DNA of 64,000 nt from Vulcanimicrobiota bacterium (GCA_963812155.1 CAWETW010000001.1:352001-416000); one strand, 5' to 3'; positions 29,142 to 39,799 are shown, counted from the first letter of the stretch. Program-made: numbers and translations. The notes: generated by a model not told the origin, from the letters alone.

Positions 29142-30350
29142 TCAGGCTTTCCGCGGCAGGATGCGCGCGAACCTGCGAGAGCCAACCGACAACACCGCGG
29201 GTTCGACCGGCGTCCAGGGCGCCCTCGGCTCGTGCACGGGGCTGCCGTCGATTTTCACGCCGCCGCCGGCGATGAGCCGCTCCGCCTCACGGCGGCTCTG
29301 GGCAAAGCCCGCTTTGACCAGCAGCTCCGCGACGCGAACGCAGTCGCCCGCGTCGATCTCCGCAAGACCGTCGGTAGGTATTTCCTTTCGTTGCACGGTC
29401 GCTTCGAAGTGTTCGCGCGCCGAGCGTGCGGCTTGCGCTCCATGATAGCGGGCGACCACGTCCTGCGCGATTGCCTTCTTCTCGTCCATGGGATTGGCGC
29501 GCCCGGATGCAAGTTCGGCTGCCAACCGGTCGCTATCGGATTGCGATCGGAACGCCGCTAACCGCGCGTAGGCGGGGATAAGGTCATCGCCGATTCGCAT
29601 GAGCTTACCGAATTGTTCGACCGGGGATTCGGTGATGCCGACGTAGTTGCCGAGGCTCTTGCTCATCTTCTTCTGTCCGTCGAGCCCCACCAGCAACGGA
29701 ACGGTCGCGCAAATTTGCGGCGGCTGGCCGTGCTCGCGCTGATAGTGGCGTCCCAACAGCAGGTTGAAAAGCTGATCGCTTCCTCCGAGTTCCACGTCGG
29801 CGCAAACCGCAATCGAGTCGTAGGCCTGTGCAACCGGATAAAGAAGTTCGTGCAGCGAGATCGCCGTACCGGCACTATAGCGATCGTGGAAATCGTTGCG
29901 TTCGAGCATCTGTGCGACCGTCGTCTTCGCCAGAAGTTTGACGAGATCGGCGAGGCCGAGCTTGTCGAGCCATTCGGAGTTGTAACGAACCTCGATACGA
30001 TCGAGGTCCAGCACCCTTGCGGCTTGCCGGCGATACGTCTCCATATTCGCTTCGATTTCGGCCTGCGACAACTGCGGTCGCGTAACATTCTTCCCGCTCG
30101 GATCGCCGATGCGCGCGGTAAAGTCGCCGATGATCCACGTGACGCGATGTCCGCTCTCCGCGAAGCGTTGCAGCTTCTCGAGCACCACCATGAAGCCGAG
30201 ATGCAGGTCGGGGCTGGTCGGGTCGATGCCCAGTTTCACGTTGAGCGGGCGGCCCGCTTGCAAGCGATCCCGAAAATCGCCGCGCGTTTCGACGTGTTCG
30301 AAGCCGTCGAGTAAATACTCGACGTCGGAAAAACGGGGGTGGGCGCTCAT
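29142..30350 (-). CDS. tyrS: Tyrosine--tRNA ligase
   Basis: GIDPTSPDLHLG (HIGH), KMSKS, C-terminal S4 domain. Confidence 0.97.
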   Translation of the reverse strand: MSAHPRFSDVEYLLDGFEHVETRGDFRDRLQAGRPLNVKLGIDPTSPDLHLGFMVVLEKLQRFAESGHRVTWIIGDFTARIGDPSGKNVTRPQLSQAEIEANMETYRRQAARVLDLDRIEVRYNSEWLDKLGLADLVKLLAKTTVAQMLERNDFHDRYSAGTAISLHELLYPVAQAYDSIAVCADVELGGSDQLFNLLLGRHYQREHGQPPQICATVPLLVGLDGQKKMSKSLGNYVGITESPVEQFGKLMRIGDDLIPAYARLAAFRSQSDSDRLAAELASGRANPMDEKKAIAQDVVARYHGAQAARSAREHFEATVQRKEIPTDGLAEIDAGDCVRVAELLVKAGFAQSRREAERLIAGGGVKIDGSPVHEPRAPWTPVEPAVLSVGSRRFARILPRKA

Positions 30351-30390
30351 CCCCGCCCGCTACGCCCCGGCACCGACGCTGCCCTTTGCG

Positions 30391-32718
30391 TCATTTGAGT
30401 TCGACGATGGTGACGCCCGCGGAGCCTTCATCTTCGTTGCCGTAGCGCACCTCACTTACCGACGGATGGGAGCGCAAGTATTCCTGCAGGCCGCGCCCCA
30501 ACATACCCGTGCCCTTTCCGTGAATCAGGCGCAACTGCGAGTTGCCGGCGAGCATCGCTTCGTCGATCCAGCGTTCGACCAGAGGCTCGGCTTCGACGAA
30601 GCGTTTTCCACGCACGTCGAGTTCCGAGCGCGACCGAGCGGCCGCAGTGACGCGCGAATCTTCGGATGCAGCCATTCGCGCGCGCGGCGGGCGCACCGCC
30701 GTGACGCGACGGACGTCGTCCTTTCGCACGACCGTCTTCATCGGACCGATCGCCAACAGCAGCGTTTCGCCGAAATCCTCGACGACGTCGCCTTCCTGCT
30801 GCAGCGAGAACGCGCGCACGCGTTCGCCGGCCGCGAAAATACCGTCGCCGGCCGAATCGGGAGTCTCGTTCGTGATGCCGAGGTCGCGACGCATCTCCTC
30901 GACCGTGCGCGCGAGCAAACCGGCTTGCGCCGGCGTGACCTTAGGCCGTGTCGAGCGGTTCTCTTGCGCGCGCTCCTGCAGTTGCCGAACGAAATCGCGA
31001 AGAGCCTGCTGCATGCGCTCCTCGGCGTTGGTGCCGAAGGCGCGACGCTGGGCGTCGAGGGCCGCGCGCTCCGATTTCAAACGCGCCGTCTCGCGCGCCT
31101 CGCTACGCCGTTCTTCGGCCAGCGCGTCGCGCTCGCTCTGCAGTTCGGCGTTTCGCAACGACAGTTCCGCAAGAGCCGCCTCGTAATCGCGCTCGCGCGT
31201 GTCGAGCAGCCGTTGCGCGCGCTCGACGATCTCGCCCGCAATTCCGATCGTGCGAGCGAGTGGGAAGGCCAGCGACTGCCCCGGCGCGCCGATGTCGAGA
31301 TGGAACGTCGGCGCGAACGTATGCGGGTCGAAACGCACGCTCGCGTTCGCAACGCCCGGCGTCGCGTGGGCGAAGAGTTTGAGTTCGGTCGCGTGGGTCG
31401 TGACCAGTCCGCGCGCTCCCGCCTCGAGCAAGCGTTCCAGCATCGCAACGGCAAGCGCCGAACCTGCGCTGGGTTCCGTCCCGCCGCCGATCTCGTCGAC
31501 GAGCACCAACGTACGCTCGCCGGCCGAGCTTAACATCTCGCGCATCCGGTCCAAGTGCGCCGAGAACGTGGATGCGTTGGCGACGATCGACTGCTCGTCG
31601 CCGACATCGGCAATCATGTACTCGAAGCGGCCGACCTCCGTGCCTGCGCCGGCCGGCAGCTGCAAACCGCAGTAGGCCATTAGCACGAATAAGCCGACCA
31701 TCTTCAGTGCGACCGTCTTGCCGCCCATATTCGGGCCGCTGATCACGAGCAGTCGCGTTTCCGCGTCGAGCACCAGCGACTGCGGCACCGCGCGTTCGCC
31801 GAGCAGCGGATGGCGCCCGTTCACCACGACGATTGCCGCGTCGTCGCGCAACTCCGGTGCGATCGCGTTCATTCGATGCGCGACCTCGGCCCTCGCGGCG
31901 ATGAGATCGATCGCCGCAAGAACGTCGACGTTGCGCTCGATCGCGCCGGCATCCGCGCCGACCCGGTGCGAGAATTCGGCGAGTACGCGCGCGATTTCGC
32001 GCTCCTCATCCAGGCGCAGCGTGCGCAGCCGGTTGTTCGCGTCGAGCGCAGCGAGCGGCTCGACGAAGAGCGTCTGGCCGCTGGCACTCGTATCGTGCAC
32101 GATGCCGGGAAACTCGCCGGAGAATTCGGCCTTTACCGGAACCACGAACCGCCCTTCGCGAATCGTCACCACGCTGTCTTGAATCGCTTTTGCGTATTTG
32201 GCCGATCGCAAGATCGCGCCCACGCGGTCGCGCGCGTCGCCTTGGGCCTGCGCCAAGCTGCGGCGTATGCGGCCGAGCGCGGGCGACGCGCGATCGAGCA
32301 CAACGCCGCGTTCGTCGATGCCGTCGGCGATCGCGCGCTGCAGCTCGCGCAACGGCGTGTAACCCTCCGCGACCGCGCCCAGGACCGTATCCGAGCGCAC
32401 GGCGTTGTAGGCGGCCCCGGCGGCGCCGAGCGCATCCGAGACGGCGCGCAAATCGGTTCCGCTCAGCGTTCGACCAAGTTCCGCCGCCTGGGTCAATTCC
32501 GCCGTATCGATTGCCGGGAGCACGTGAAAGTCGGCGCCGGCGACCAAATTGCGGGCCGCATTCGTGCGTGCTTGCTCGACGGCAACCAAAGCAAAATCTT
32601 GCGCCGGGGCCAGATGCTCGGCGAGGGCTCTCCCGCGCTGCGTACGCGTCGCCCCGACGACGCGATCGCGAACGCCGGCAAAATCGAGTGCTTCGAGCGT
32701 TCGCTCGTCGGCAATCAT
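30391..32718 (-). CDS. mutS2: Endonuclease MutS2
   Basis: SGPNMGGKT, STFSAH, DEIGGGT, TTH, C-terminal Smr domain IHGKGTG. Confidence 0.95.
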   Translation of the reverse strand: MIADERTLEALDFAGVRDRVVGATRTQRGRALAEHLAPAQDFALVAVEQARTNAARNLVAGADFHVLPAIDTAELTQAAELGRTLSGTDLRAVSDALGAAGAAYNAVRSDTVLGAVAEGYTPLRELQRAIADGIDERGVVLDRASPALGRIRRSLAQAQGDARDRVGAILRSAKYAKAIQDSVVTIREGRFVVPVKAEFSGEFPGIVHDTSASGQTLFVEPLAALDANNRLRTLRLDEEREIARVLAEFSHRVGADAGAIERNVDVLAAIDLIAARAEVAHRMNAIAPELRDDAAIVVVNGRHPLLGERAVPQSLVLDAETRLLVISGPNMGGKTVALKMVGLFVLMAYCGLQLPAGAGTEVGRFEYMIADVGDEQSIVANASTFSAHLDRMREMLSSAGERTLVLVDEIGGGTEPSAGSALAVAMLERLLEAGARGLVTTHATELKLFAHATPGVANASVRFDPHTFAPTFHLDIGAPGQSLAFPLARTIGIAGEIVERAQRLLDTRERDYEAALAELSLRNAELQSERDALAEERRSEARETARLKSERAALDAQRRAFGTNAEERMQQALRDFVRQLQERAQENRSTRPKVTPAQAGLLARTVEEMRRDLGITNETPDSAGDGIFAAGERVRAFSLQQEGDVVEDFGETLLLAIGPMKTVVRKDDVRRVTAVRPPRARMAASEDSRVTAAARSRSELDVRGKRFVEAEPLVERWIDEAMLAGNSQLRLIHGKGTGMLGRGLQEYLRSHPSVSEVRYGNEDEGSAGVTIVELK

Positions 32719-32725
32719 GGTTACG

Positions 32726-34189
32726 TTAGGATGACAACTTCTTCTGCAGTAATTCTTTAACGAGCGAAGGGTCGGCTTTGCCGCCGGAGGCTTTCATGAT
32801 TTGCCCGACGAGAAAACCGGTGACGTTCGTCTTTCCGGCGCGAAAGTCGGCCACGACGGCAGGATGCGCGGCGAGCGCCGCCTCGACGAACGCCTCGATG
32901 GCGCCGGGGTCGCTGGTTTGGCCCAGGCCTTCGCGCTCGACGATCGCGCGCGGCGACCCATCGCCGCGCCACATCCGCTCGACGAGTTCCTTACCGATTT
33001 TCGAATTGATCGTTCGCGCTTCCAGCAACGCGACCAACTCGGCCGTAAACTCCGGGGTCGCCGCCGATTCGGCAACCGCGATGCCGGTTTCGTTGGCCAG
33101 GCGCGAGAGATCGCCGAGGACGAGATTTGCCGACGGTTGCGGTCGTCCCGTGATCGTTGCAACGCGGTCGAAATATGCGGCGAGTTGCGGATTTCCGACG
33201 AGCTGCGCGGCGATCTTGGGCGCGATGCCGTATTGCGCGGTAAAGCGCTCGAAACGCTGCCACGGCAGTTCCGGAACCGACCCGCGGAACTCGGCGAGTG
33301 CGGCTTCGGTCGCCGGTTCGAGCGGAACGAGATCCGGATCGGGGAAGTAGCGGTAGTCGTGCGCCTGCTCTTTGCTGCGCATCGAATGCGTGACGCCGTG
33401 CACCTCGTCCCAGCCTCGCGTCTCTTGGACGATGCGTTCGCCCGCTGCGAGCACGCCGATCTGCCGTTCGATCTCGCTCTCGATCGCGCGCTGGACCGAG
33501 CGAAACGAGTTCATGTTTTTGATTTCGGTCTTGGTTCCCAGATCCGTACTGCCCGCCGGACGGATCGAGACGTTGGCATCGCAGCGCAGCGAGCCTTCCT
33601 CCATCCGGACGTCGCTGACGCCCAACTGCAGCAGGGTCAGTCGCAGCGACTCGAGATAGCCGACGGCTTCTTGCGCGCTGCGAAGGTCGGGCTCTGAGAC
33701 GCATTCCATCAACGGAACCCCAGCGCGGTTGAAATCGACCAATGAATAATCGCTGCCGGCGATGCGTCCGTCGCCGGAGCCCGCATGAGTCGATTTTCCG
33801 GTGTCTTCCTCGAGATGGATGCGCGTCAGCCGGCACGTCCGCATCTGGCCGTCCTCGAGCCAATACGTCACGCTGCCGCCCAGCGTCAGGGGCATGTCGT
33901 ATTGCGAAATCTGATAATCCTTGGGCATGTCGGGATAGAAGTAGTTCTTGCGATCGAACTTCGAAAATGCCGGTATCTCGGCACCGAATGCCAGGCCGGC
34001 GCGCAGCATGTGTTCGATCGCCCTGGCGTTGGGCACCGGAAGCGCGCCCGGCAAGCCGAGGCAGACCGGACACGTCTTCGTGTTGGGCTCGCCGCCGAAC
34101 TCGTTGGGACAACCGCAGAACATCTTCGTTTCGGTCTTGAGTTCGACGTGGCACTCGATTCCAATTACCGCTTCGTACTGCTGCGTCAT
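32726..34189 (-). CDS. gatB: Asp/Glu-tRNA amidotransferase subunit B
   Basis: IGIECHVEL, FDRKNYFYPDMPK, HLEED, RCDANVS, YRYFPDPDL. Confidence 0.98.
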   Translation of the reverse strand: MTQQYEAVIGIECHVELKTETKMFCGCPNEFGGEPNTKTCPVCLGLPGALPVPNARAIEHMLRAGLAFGAEIPAFSKFDRKNYFYPDMPKDYQISQYDMPLTLGGSVTYWLEDGQMRTCRLTRIHLEEDTGKSTHAGSGDGRIAGSDYSLVDFNRAGVPLMECVSEPDLRSAQEAVGYLESLRLTLLQLGVSDVRMEEGSLRCDANVSIRPAGSTDLGTKTEIKNMNSFRSVQRAIESEIERQIGVLAAGERIVQETRGWDEVHGVTHSMRSKEQAHDYRYFPDPDLVPLEPATEAALAEFRGSVPELPWQRFERFTAQYGIAPKIAAQLVGNPQLAAYFDRVATITGRPQPSANLVLGDLSRLANETGIAVAESAATPEFTAELVALLEARTINSKIGKELVERMWRGDGSPRAIVEREGLGQTSDPGAIEAFVEAALAAHPAVVADFRAGKTNVTGFLVGQIMKASGGKADPSLVKELLQKKLSS

Positions 34190-35677
34190 GCCCGCACCTC
34201 ATCGGCTAGGCGTGGAGCGTAGCGCGAGGCGTGCATCGTGGCGCGTTCGTACGCGTGCGCGGCCCCCAGCAACAGCGCCTCGCCGAACAGCGGCGCGCAC
34301 AGCTGCAATCCAAGCGGCATCGGATTGCTTCCGCCCGCAGGCGTCACCCAGCCGCAGGGCACCGAAAGCGCCGGTAATCCGGCCAGCGACATCGGAATCG
34401 TGTAGTAGTCCATCATATACATGCTGTACGGATCGCTTTTTGCGTTGAACCGAAAAGCCGCGCAACTGGCTGCCGGACACGCGATGAGGTCGCAATCCGC
34501 AAAGGCCTTTTCGAAATCGCGGGCGATGAGCGTGCGCGCCTTCTGGGCACGTACGTAGTAGGCGTCGTAATAGCCGCTCGACAGCGCGTGCGTTCCGATG
34601 AGAATACGGCGCTTGACTTCCGGACCGAAGCCGGCGGCCCGCGTCCGCTCGTACATCGCTTGGACGTCGGGCGCGTCGACGCGCAAGCCCGTAACGCACG
34701 CCGTCGAACCGCGACAGATTCGACGAGCACTCCGCCGGAGCGATGAGATAGTACGTCGCCAATCCGTAGTCGGCGGTCGGCAGCGACACGTCGACGACGC
34801 GCGCACCGAGCTTCTCCAACTCGGCATAGGCCTGGCGATAGGCGGCGTCGAGTTCGGCGCCGAGTTTCTCCGTATCGAATTCGCGCACGATGCCGACGCG
34901 CAAGCCGCGCAGATCGTCGCGCAGCGCGGTCACCGCCGGCTCGACCGGGCGATCGATCGAGGTCGCGTCCATCGGGTCGTGGCCGCTCATCGCTTCGTAG
35001 GCGAGCGCGGCATCTTCGACCGTGCGCGCAAGCGGACCGATCTGATCGAGACTCGACGCAAACGCGATGAGCCCGTAGCGCGAGACGCGCCCGTACGTCG
35101 GTTTGAAACCGATCAGGTTGCAGAACGCGCCCGGTTCGCGAATCGAACCGCCCGTATCGCTGCCCAATGCGAGTGCCGTTTCGCGCGCGGCGACCGCCGC
35201 CGCGGAACCCCCGCTCGAACCGCCCGGCACGCGTTCGAGGTCGTACGGATTGCGGGTGACGCCGAGCGCCGAGTTTTCGCAAGAACTTCCCATGGCAAAT
35301 TCGTCGAGATTGGCTTTACCGATCGGAACGCACCCGGCCGCGAGCATGCGCGCGACCGCGGTAGCGGTATACGGCGCGACCCAGTGCTCGAGGATTTTGC
35401 TGCCGCACGTCGTGCGCGTTCCCGTCAAGCACATGTTGTCTTTGACGGCCAGCGGGACGCCCGCGAGCGGCAATCGCTCGCCGCCGCGCACGCGCGCGTC
35501 GACGCCGGCGGCGATCGTTCGTGCCAGTTCGGGAAGCACCGTAAGAAAGGCGCCGGTGCGGCCCTCCACGGCATCAACCCGTGCCAGTGAGGCTTCGGTA
35601 ATTTCACTCGCCGAGATGTTGCCGGCGTTGACCTCGCGCGCGATCTCTGCCGCGCTGCGTTCCACGATGTCGCTCAT
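34186..35677 (-). CDS. gatA: Asp/Glu-tRNA amidotransferase subunit A (+1 frameshift at about 34689, probably artefactual)
   Basis: Amidase signature GGSSGGS, GSDTGGSIR, SSNLSRFDGVRYG; continues as GFGPEVKRRILIGT in the other frame. Confidence 0.95.
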
Positions 35678-35686
35678 CTTCGTTCT

Positions 35687-35974
35687 CTACTCGGCGATGA
35701 TGCGCGGCACGCGGAAGAAACCGCCTTGACGCTGCGGCGCCTGCGCAAGGACCGTCTCGCGATCCAAGCAGGGTCCGGGAACGTCGTCGCGCTGCACGTT
35801 GCGCGATTCGACGACCTGCGCGGTTGCGGCGACCGCATTCGTGTCGAGTTCGGAGAGCGCGTCGACGTGCGTCAATAGGTCGGCGAGTTGCGCGCCGAAA
35901 CGATCGACCTCTTCGTCGGTCAGCGCGATTCGAGCGAGTTTGGCGACGTAGCGAACGTCGATAGTATCCGACAA
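35687..35974 (-). CDS. gatC: Asp/Glu-tRNA amidotransferase subunit C
   Basis: VAKLARI, FFRVPRII; directly upstream of gatA. Confidence 0.93.
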   Translation of the reverse strand: MSDTIDVRYVAKLARIALTDEEVDRFGAQLADLLTHVDALSELDTNAVAATAQVVESRNVQRDDVPGPCLDRETVLAQAPQRQGGFFRVPRIIAE

Positions 35975-35988
35975 CGATTCCGCCTCAA

Positions 35989-37338
35989 TCAGGTAGTGGT
36001 AGCGAGCGTAGCGAGCGCTTCGACGTGGCCCGTCTGCGGGAAAAGGTCGAACGGCTGCACGCTCCCGAGCGCGTACCCCTTAGCGGTCAGGAACTTCAAA
36101 TCCCGGGCGAGCGTGGCGGGGTCGCACGAAAGATACCACACCGAGGGTACGCGCGCTGCCGCAATCGCGGCCAGCGTCGCCTCGTCGGAGCCTTTGCGAG
36201 GCGGATCGAGAAAGACCGCGCCGGCCGACTGGATCGCCGCTCGTCCCTCGCCGCCGGCCAGAGCCTCGGCCGCGCGTCCGGCGTGAAAGCGCGCTCGAGC
36301 GTTGAAGCCGTTGCGCTGCGCGTTCGCGCGCGCCTCGGCAACGGCGCGCGCGTTTTCCTCGATGCCGTAGACGTCGCATCCCTGCGCTGCAAAAAACAGT
36401 GCGAACGTCCCGGCTCCGCAGTAGAGATCGACGATCCGCATGGCTGGACGCAGCGCCGGCCGCAGGCTTTCGAAGATGCGCGCGATCATGTCGACGTTCA
36501 CCTGAAAAAAAGAGCCGGACGAGACGCGATAGTGAATGCCCGCAATCGTTTCTTCGATCTCACCGCGTCCGGCGATCGTGCGAGAACGGCGGCCGAGGAT
36601 CGCATTTTCGCCGTTCAAGTCGAACGAGTTGACGATTCCGACGGCATTCGGGAGCTCGGCAAGCAACGCCGGAGCGGCGGCTTTCGCACTCGCCGACTCG
36701 CGCGCGCTTGTAATCGTCACGACGGCCTCGCCGCTTGCAACCGCCGCGCGCGCGACGACGTGGCGCGCGTCCTTCAGCGCGGCCTGTGCCGCGGGCGTCC
36801 GACGTTCGTCACGCAATCGTCCAACATACTCGCTCAACCGCGGCATGACGATCGGGCACGCGTCGATCGGCACGACGTCGTGCGAACGCTGACGGTAGAA
36901 TCCGAGAACCGGAGCCTGCTCGCCGTCCCGATGGCGCACCACGAGCGACATCTTGTTGCGATACGCGCGTGGTTCGGGCATGCCGATGGTTTGGTGCACG
37001 ACGGCGTCGCGGAAGCCGCCGATGCGCGCGAGTGCGGCCGTGACGACGTCGCGCTTCCACGCCAGCTGCGCCGGATAGTCAAGATGCTGCACCTGGCAGC
37101 CGCCGCATTCGCCAAAGACCGGGCAAAACGGCCGCGTTCGCGAGGGTGACTCGCTGCGCAGTTCGAGCAACTCCGCGACGGCGTACTTCGCCTTTATCGC
37201 GACGATTCGAACGTGGGCACGTTCCGAAGGAAGCGGTCCAAAGCAAAAGACCACCATGCCTTCCGCGCGCCCGACGGCTTGGCCGTTCGCCATCAGGTCC
37301 GTAAACTCGACGTCGAGTAGCGCCCCGAGTTTCAGCAT
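35989..37338 (-). CDS. rlmD: 23S rRNA (uracil-C5)-methyltransferase RlmD
   Basis: TRAM domain, CPVFGECGGC Fe-S motif, SFFQVN, DLYCGAG, LDPPRKG, SCDPATLARD. Confidence 0.93.
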   Translation of the reverse strand: MLKLGALLDVEFTDLMANGQAVGRAEGMVVFCFGPLPSERAHVRIVAIKAKYAVAELLELRSESPSRTRPFCPVFGECGGCQVQHLDYPAQLAWKRDVVTAALARIGGFRDAVVHQTIGMPEPRAYRNKMSLVVRHRDGEQAPVLGFYRQRSHDVVPIDACPIVMPRLSEYVGRLRDERRTPAAQAALKDARHVVARAAVASGEAVVTITSARESASAKAAAPALLAELPNAVGIVNSFDLNGENAILGRRSRTIAGRGEIEETIAGIHYRVSSGSFFQVNVDMIARIFESLRPALRPAMRIVDLYCGAGTFALFFAAQGCDVYGIEENARAVAEARANAQRNGFNARARFHAGRAAEALAGGEGRAAIQSAGAVFLDPPRKGSDEATLAAIAAARVPSVWYLSCDPATLARDLKFLTAKGYALGSVQPFDLFPQTGHVEALATLATTT

Positions 37339-37387
37339 CTGGCGGTCCCTTCGACCTCTGCGCTGCTCTAAGCCCCTCCGCCCTTCG

Positions 37388-37551
37388 CCCTTCGACGCCG
37401 CCCGCTACGCGGGCTTCGCTCAGGGTGACACACATTGAGGCGGCTTCGCTCAGGGTGACACACATTGAGGCGGCTTCGCTCAGGGTGACACACCATGAGG
37501 GCGCGGAGCTTGTCCTGAGCGGAGCGTGCGTCAGCACGCGTAGACGAAGGG
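37388..37551. repeat. REP-like element array 1 (three 30-bp tandem units plus an inverted partner)
   Basis: GGCTTCGCTCAGGGTGACACACATTGAGGC at 37412, 37442 and 37472 (third unit variant); inverted TGTCCTGAGCGGAGC...GACGAAGGG. Confidence 0.9.
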
Positions 37552-37570
37552 CCCGGGGTGACATGACGGA

Positions 37571-37595
37571 GGGACTGGGAGCGCGATTGCCCGAA
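37571..37595 (+). promoter_or_regulatory. Candidate bipartite promoter GGGACT-N14-CCGAA (also at 38761 and 39912)
   Basis: Ends and spacing are conserved in all three modules while the spacer sequence varies. Confidence 0.5.
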
Positions 37596-37624
37596 GGGCA
37601 GCCGGGCTTTTATAGGAGGTACCC

Positions 37625-38581
37625 GTGCGCGTTTTCACGATGCTCATCACGGTCGTTGCGCTCACATCGTGTTCCGCTTCAATGAATCCCGCGACGGCGG
37701 TACCCCCAGCGCCGCAGGCGATGCCGTTTCCCATGGCCGAGAAACACCTGTATACCGCCAATCGCGACGGCACGCCCGGCGTGTTGCTCTTCCGCCAGCA
37801 AGCCAACGGCGACGTCGCGCCGTCGTCGAAGATCGCCGGCTCCAAGACGACGCTTACGGACCCCGACTCTCTGGCGCTCGACGCAGCCGGCAACGTCTAC
37901 GTCGCCAACGACTCCGGAACGGAAGTCGCTGTATTCGCCGCAGGCAAGCACGGAAACGTGATGCCGTCGTGGACCATAGGAGGATCGAAATCGCAGTTAG
38001 GTCCGACCGAAGGGATTCTCGTCGATCCCTCAGGCAATCTCTACGTGAGTTCTTTTTCAGCCGACGACGTGCGCGAATATCCCGCCGGCAAGCACGGCAA
38101 CGTTGCGCCGATTCGATCGATTGGAGGCAGCAAAACGCAGTTGGTTGGGCCGACCGGCATGGCGATGGACTCGCACGGCACGCTTTACGTCGCCAACCCC
38201 CACGGGGCGTCGGTCGTCGCCTTCGCAGCCGGCAAGAAGGGAAACGTGGCTCCGTCGGTTGTCATCGCGGGCGGTAATACGGGCTTGGGGAGGCCGTTCG
38301 CGCTCACCTTCGATTCACACCAGCGGCTGCTGGTCGCCGACGAGGATGCCGGCGTCATCGTCTTCGCCAAGGGTGCAAGCGGAAATGCTACGCCGGTCCA
38401 GACGATCACCGGCATCGGAGCCGACGGCATCGTCACCGATGGCCAAGATCACATCTACGTTGCGGATTTCAGTACGATCTCGGTGTTTGCCAGCGACGCA
38501 AGCGGCCCGGCGACGCCGCTGCGCACGATTCAAGGGTCGAAGACACTGCTCAACGTCGCGAACTATTTGTACTTGCACTAG
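37625..38581 (+). CDS. NHL-repeat beta-propeller lipoprotein, paralog 1
   Basis: LTSC lipobox, AGGAGG RBS, six GNV.P..I.GSKT.L..P repeats. Confidence 0.88.
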   Translation: MRVFTMLITVVALTSCSASMNPATAVPPAPQAMPFPMAEKHLYTANRDGTPGVLLFRQQANGDVAPSSKIAGSKTTLTDPDSLALDAAGNVYVANDSGTEVAVFAAGKHGNVMPSWTIGGSKSQLGPTEGILVDPSGNLYVSSFSADDVREYPAGKHGNVAPIRSIGGSKTQLVGPTGMAMDSHGTLYVANPHGASVVAFAAGKKGNVAPSVVIAGGNTGLGRPFALTFDSHQRLLVADEDAGVIVFAKGASGNATPVQTITGIGADGIVTDGQDHIYVADFSTISVFASDASGPATPLRTIQGSKTLLNVANYLYLH

Positions 38582-38603
38582 TACGCGGTCCCTTCGCCCT
38601 TCG

Positions 38604-38748
38604 CCCTTCGACGCCGCCCGCTACGCGGGCTTCGCTCAGGGTGACACACATTGAGGCGGCTTCGCTCAGGGTGACACACAACTGCGGGCGCGGAGCTTGT
38701 CCTGAGCGGAGCGTGCGCAGCACGCGTAGACGAAGGGCTCAGGGTGAC
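38604..38748. repeat. REP-like element array 2 (two units plus an inverted partner)
   Basis: Units at 38628 and 38658; same inverted partner as array 1. Confidence 0.9.
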
Positions 38749-38815
38749 GTGCGCCGGAACGGGACTCGGCGTGGGGGTGACCGAAAGCAGCCGAGCTTTT
38801 AATAGGAGGTAGCTC

Positions 38816-39784
38816 GTGCGCGTTTTCACGATGCTCATCACGGTCGTTGCGCTCACATCGTGTTCCGCTTCGATGAACCCCGCGACGCCGGTGCGCCCAG
38901 CGTTGCAGGCGATGCCGTTTCCCATGGCCGAGAAACACCTTTATACCGCCAATCGCGGCGGCACCCCCGGCGTGCTCCTCTTCCGCCAGCAAGCCGACGG
39001 CAACGTTGCCCCATCGTCGAAGATCGCCGGCTCGAAGACGACGCTTACGGACCCCGACTCTCTGGCGCTCGACGCAGCCGGCAACGTCTACGTCGCCAAC
39101 GACTCCGGAACGGAAGTCGCTGTATTCGCCGCAGGCAAGCACGGAAACGTGATGCCGTCGTGGACCATCGGGGGTTCGCGGTCGCAGCTGGGCCCGACCG
39201 AAGGATTGTTCATCGATCCGTCGGGCAACCTCTACGCTACCGACTTCGCAGACAATATCGTTCGTGAATACCCCGCGGGTAAACACGGCAACGTTGCGCC
39301 GATTCGATCGATCAAAGGCAGCAAAACGCAGTTGGTTGGGCCGACCGGCATGGCGATGGACTCGCACGGCACGCTTTACGTCGCCAACCCTCACGCGGCG
39401 TCGGTCGTGGCCTTCGCAGCCGGCACGAAAGGTAATGTCGCTCCCTCAGTCGTCATTTCGGGGAGCAAGACCGGCTTGCAACGGCCGTTCGCGCTCACCT
39501 TCGATTCCCATGGACGGCTCCTGGTCGCCGACGAGAGTACCGGCGTGATCGTCTTCGCTAAGGGTGCGAGCGGCAACGCAAAGCCGGACTCGACGATTAC
39601 CAGTTTCGTGTTGGCCGCCGGCGTCGTTACCGACGCACAAGATCGCATCTACGTCGCCGACTTCGGGGGCGGCGGTTCGATCTCGGTGTTCGCGAGCGAT
39701 GCACACGGGCCAGCGACGCCGCTGCGCACGATTCAAGGGTCGAAGACGCTGCTGAACACCCCGAACTACTTGTACTTGCACTAG
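38816..39784 (+). CDS. NHL-repeat beta-propeller lipoprotein, paralog 2
   Basis: Long stretches identical to paralog 1; LTSC lipobox. Confidence 0.88.
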   Translation: MRVFTMLITVVALTSCSASMNPATPVRPALQAMPFPMAEKHLYTANRGGTPGVLLFRQQADGNVAPSSKIAGSKTTLTDPDSLALDAAGNVYVANDSGTEVAVFAAGKHGNVMPSWTIGGSRSQLGPTEGLFIDPSGNLYATDFADNIVREYPAGKHGNVAPIRSIKGSKTQLVGPTGMAMDSHGTLYVANPHAASVVAFAAGTKGNVAPSVVISGSKTGLQRPFALTFDSHGRLLVADESTGVIVFAKGASGNAKPDSTITSFVLAAGVVTDAQDRIYVADFGGGGSISVFASDAHGPATPLRTIQGSKTLLNTPNYLYLH

Positions 39785-39799
39785 GACGCGGTCTCTTCG

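Noticed and set aside
30351..30390. T-box riboswitch upstream of tyrS
   Set aside because: The intergenic gap is only 40 bp and has no T-box consensus.
34186..35677. gatA as a pseudogene or programmed frameshift
   Set aside because: There is a single extra G in a short run, both halves are intact, no slippery heptamer is evident, and eight other genes show the same error pattern.
37412..37501. 30-bp periodic repeats as a CRISPR array
   Set aside because: The units are contiguous and near-identical with no unique spacers, there are only 2-3 copies per site, and there are no cas genes in the window.
37079..37564. ORFs with repeated CVTLSEAASM peptides (also 39446..39877)
   Set aside because: They are translations of the 30-bp DNA repeat and overlap rlmD or the NHL genes.
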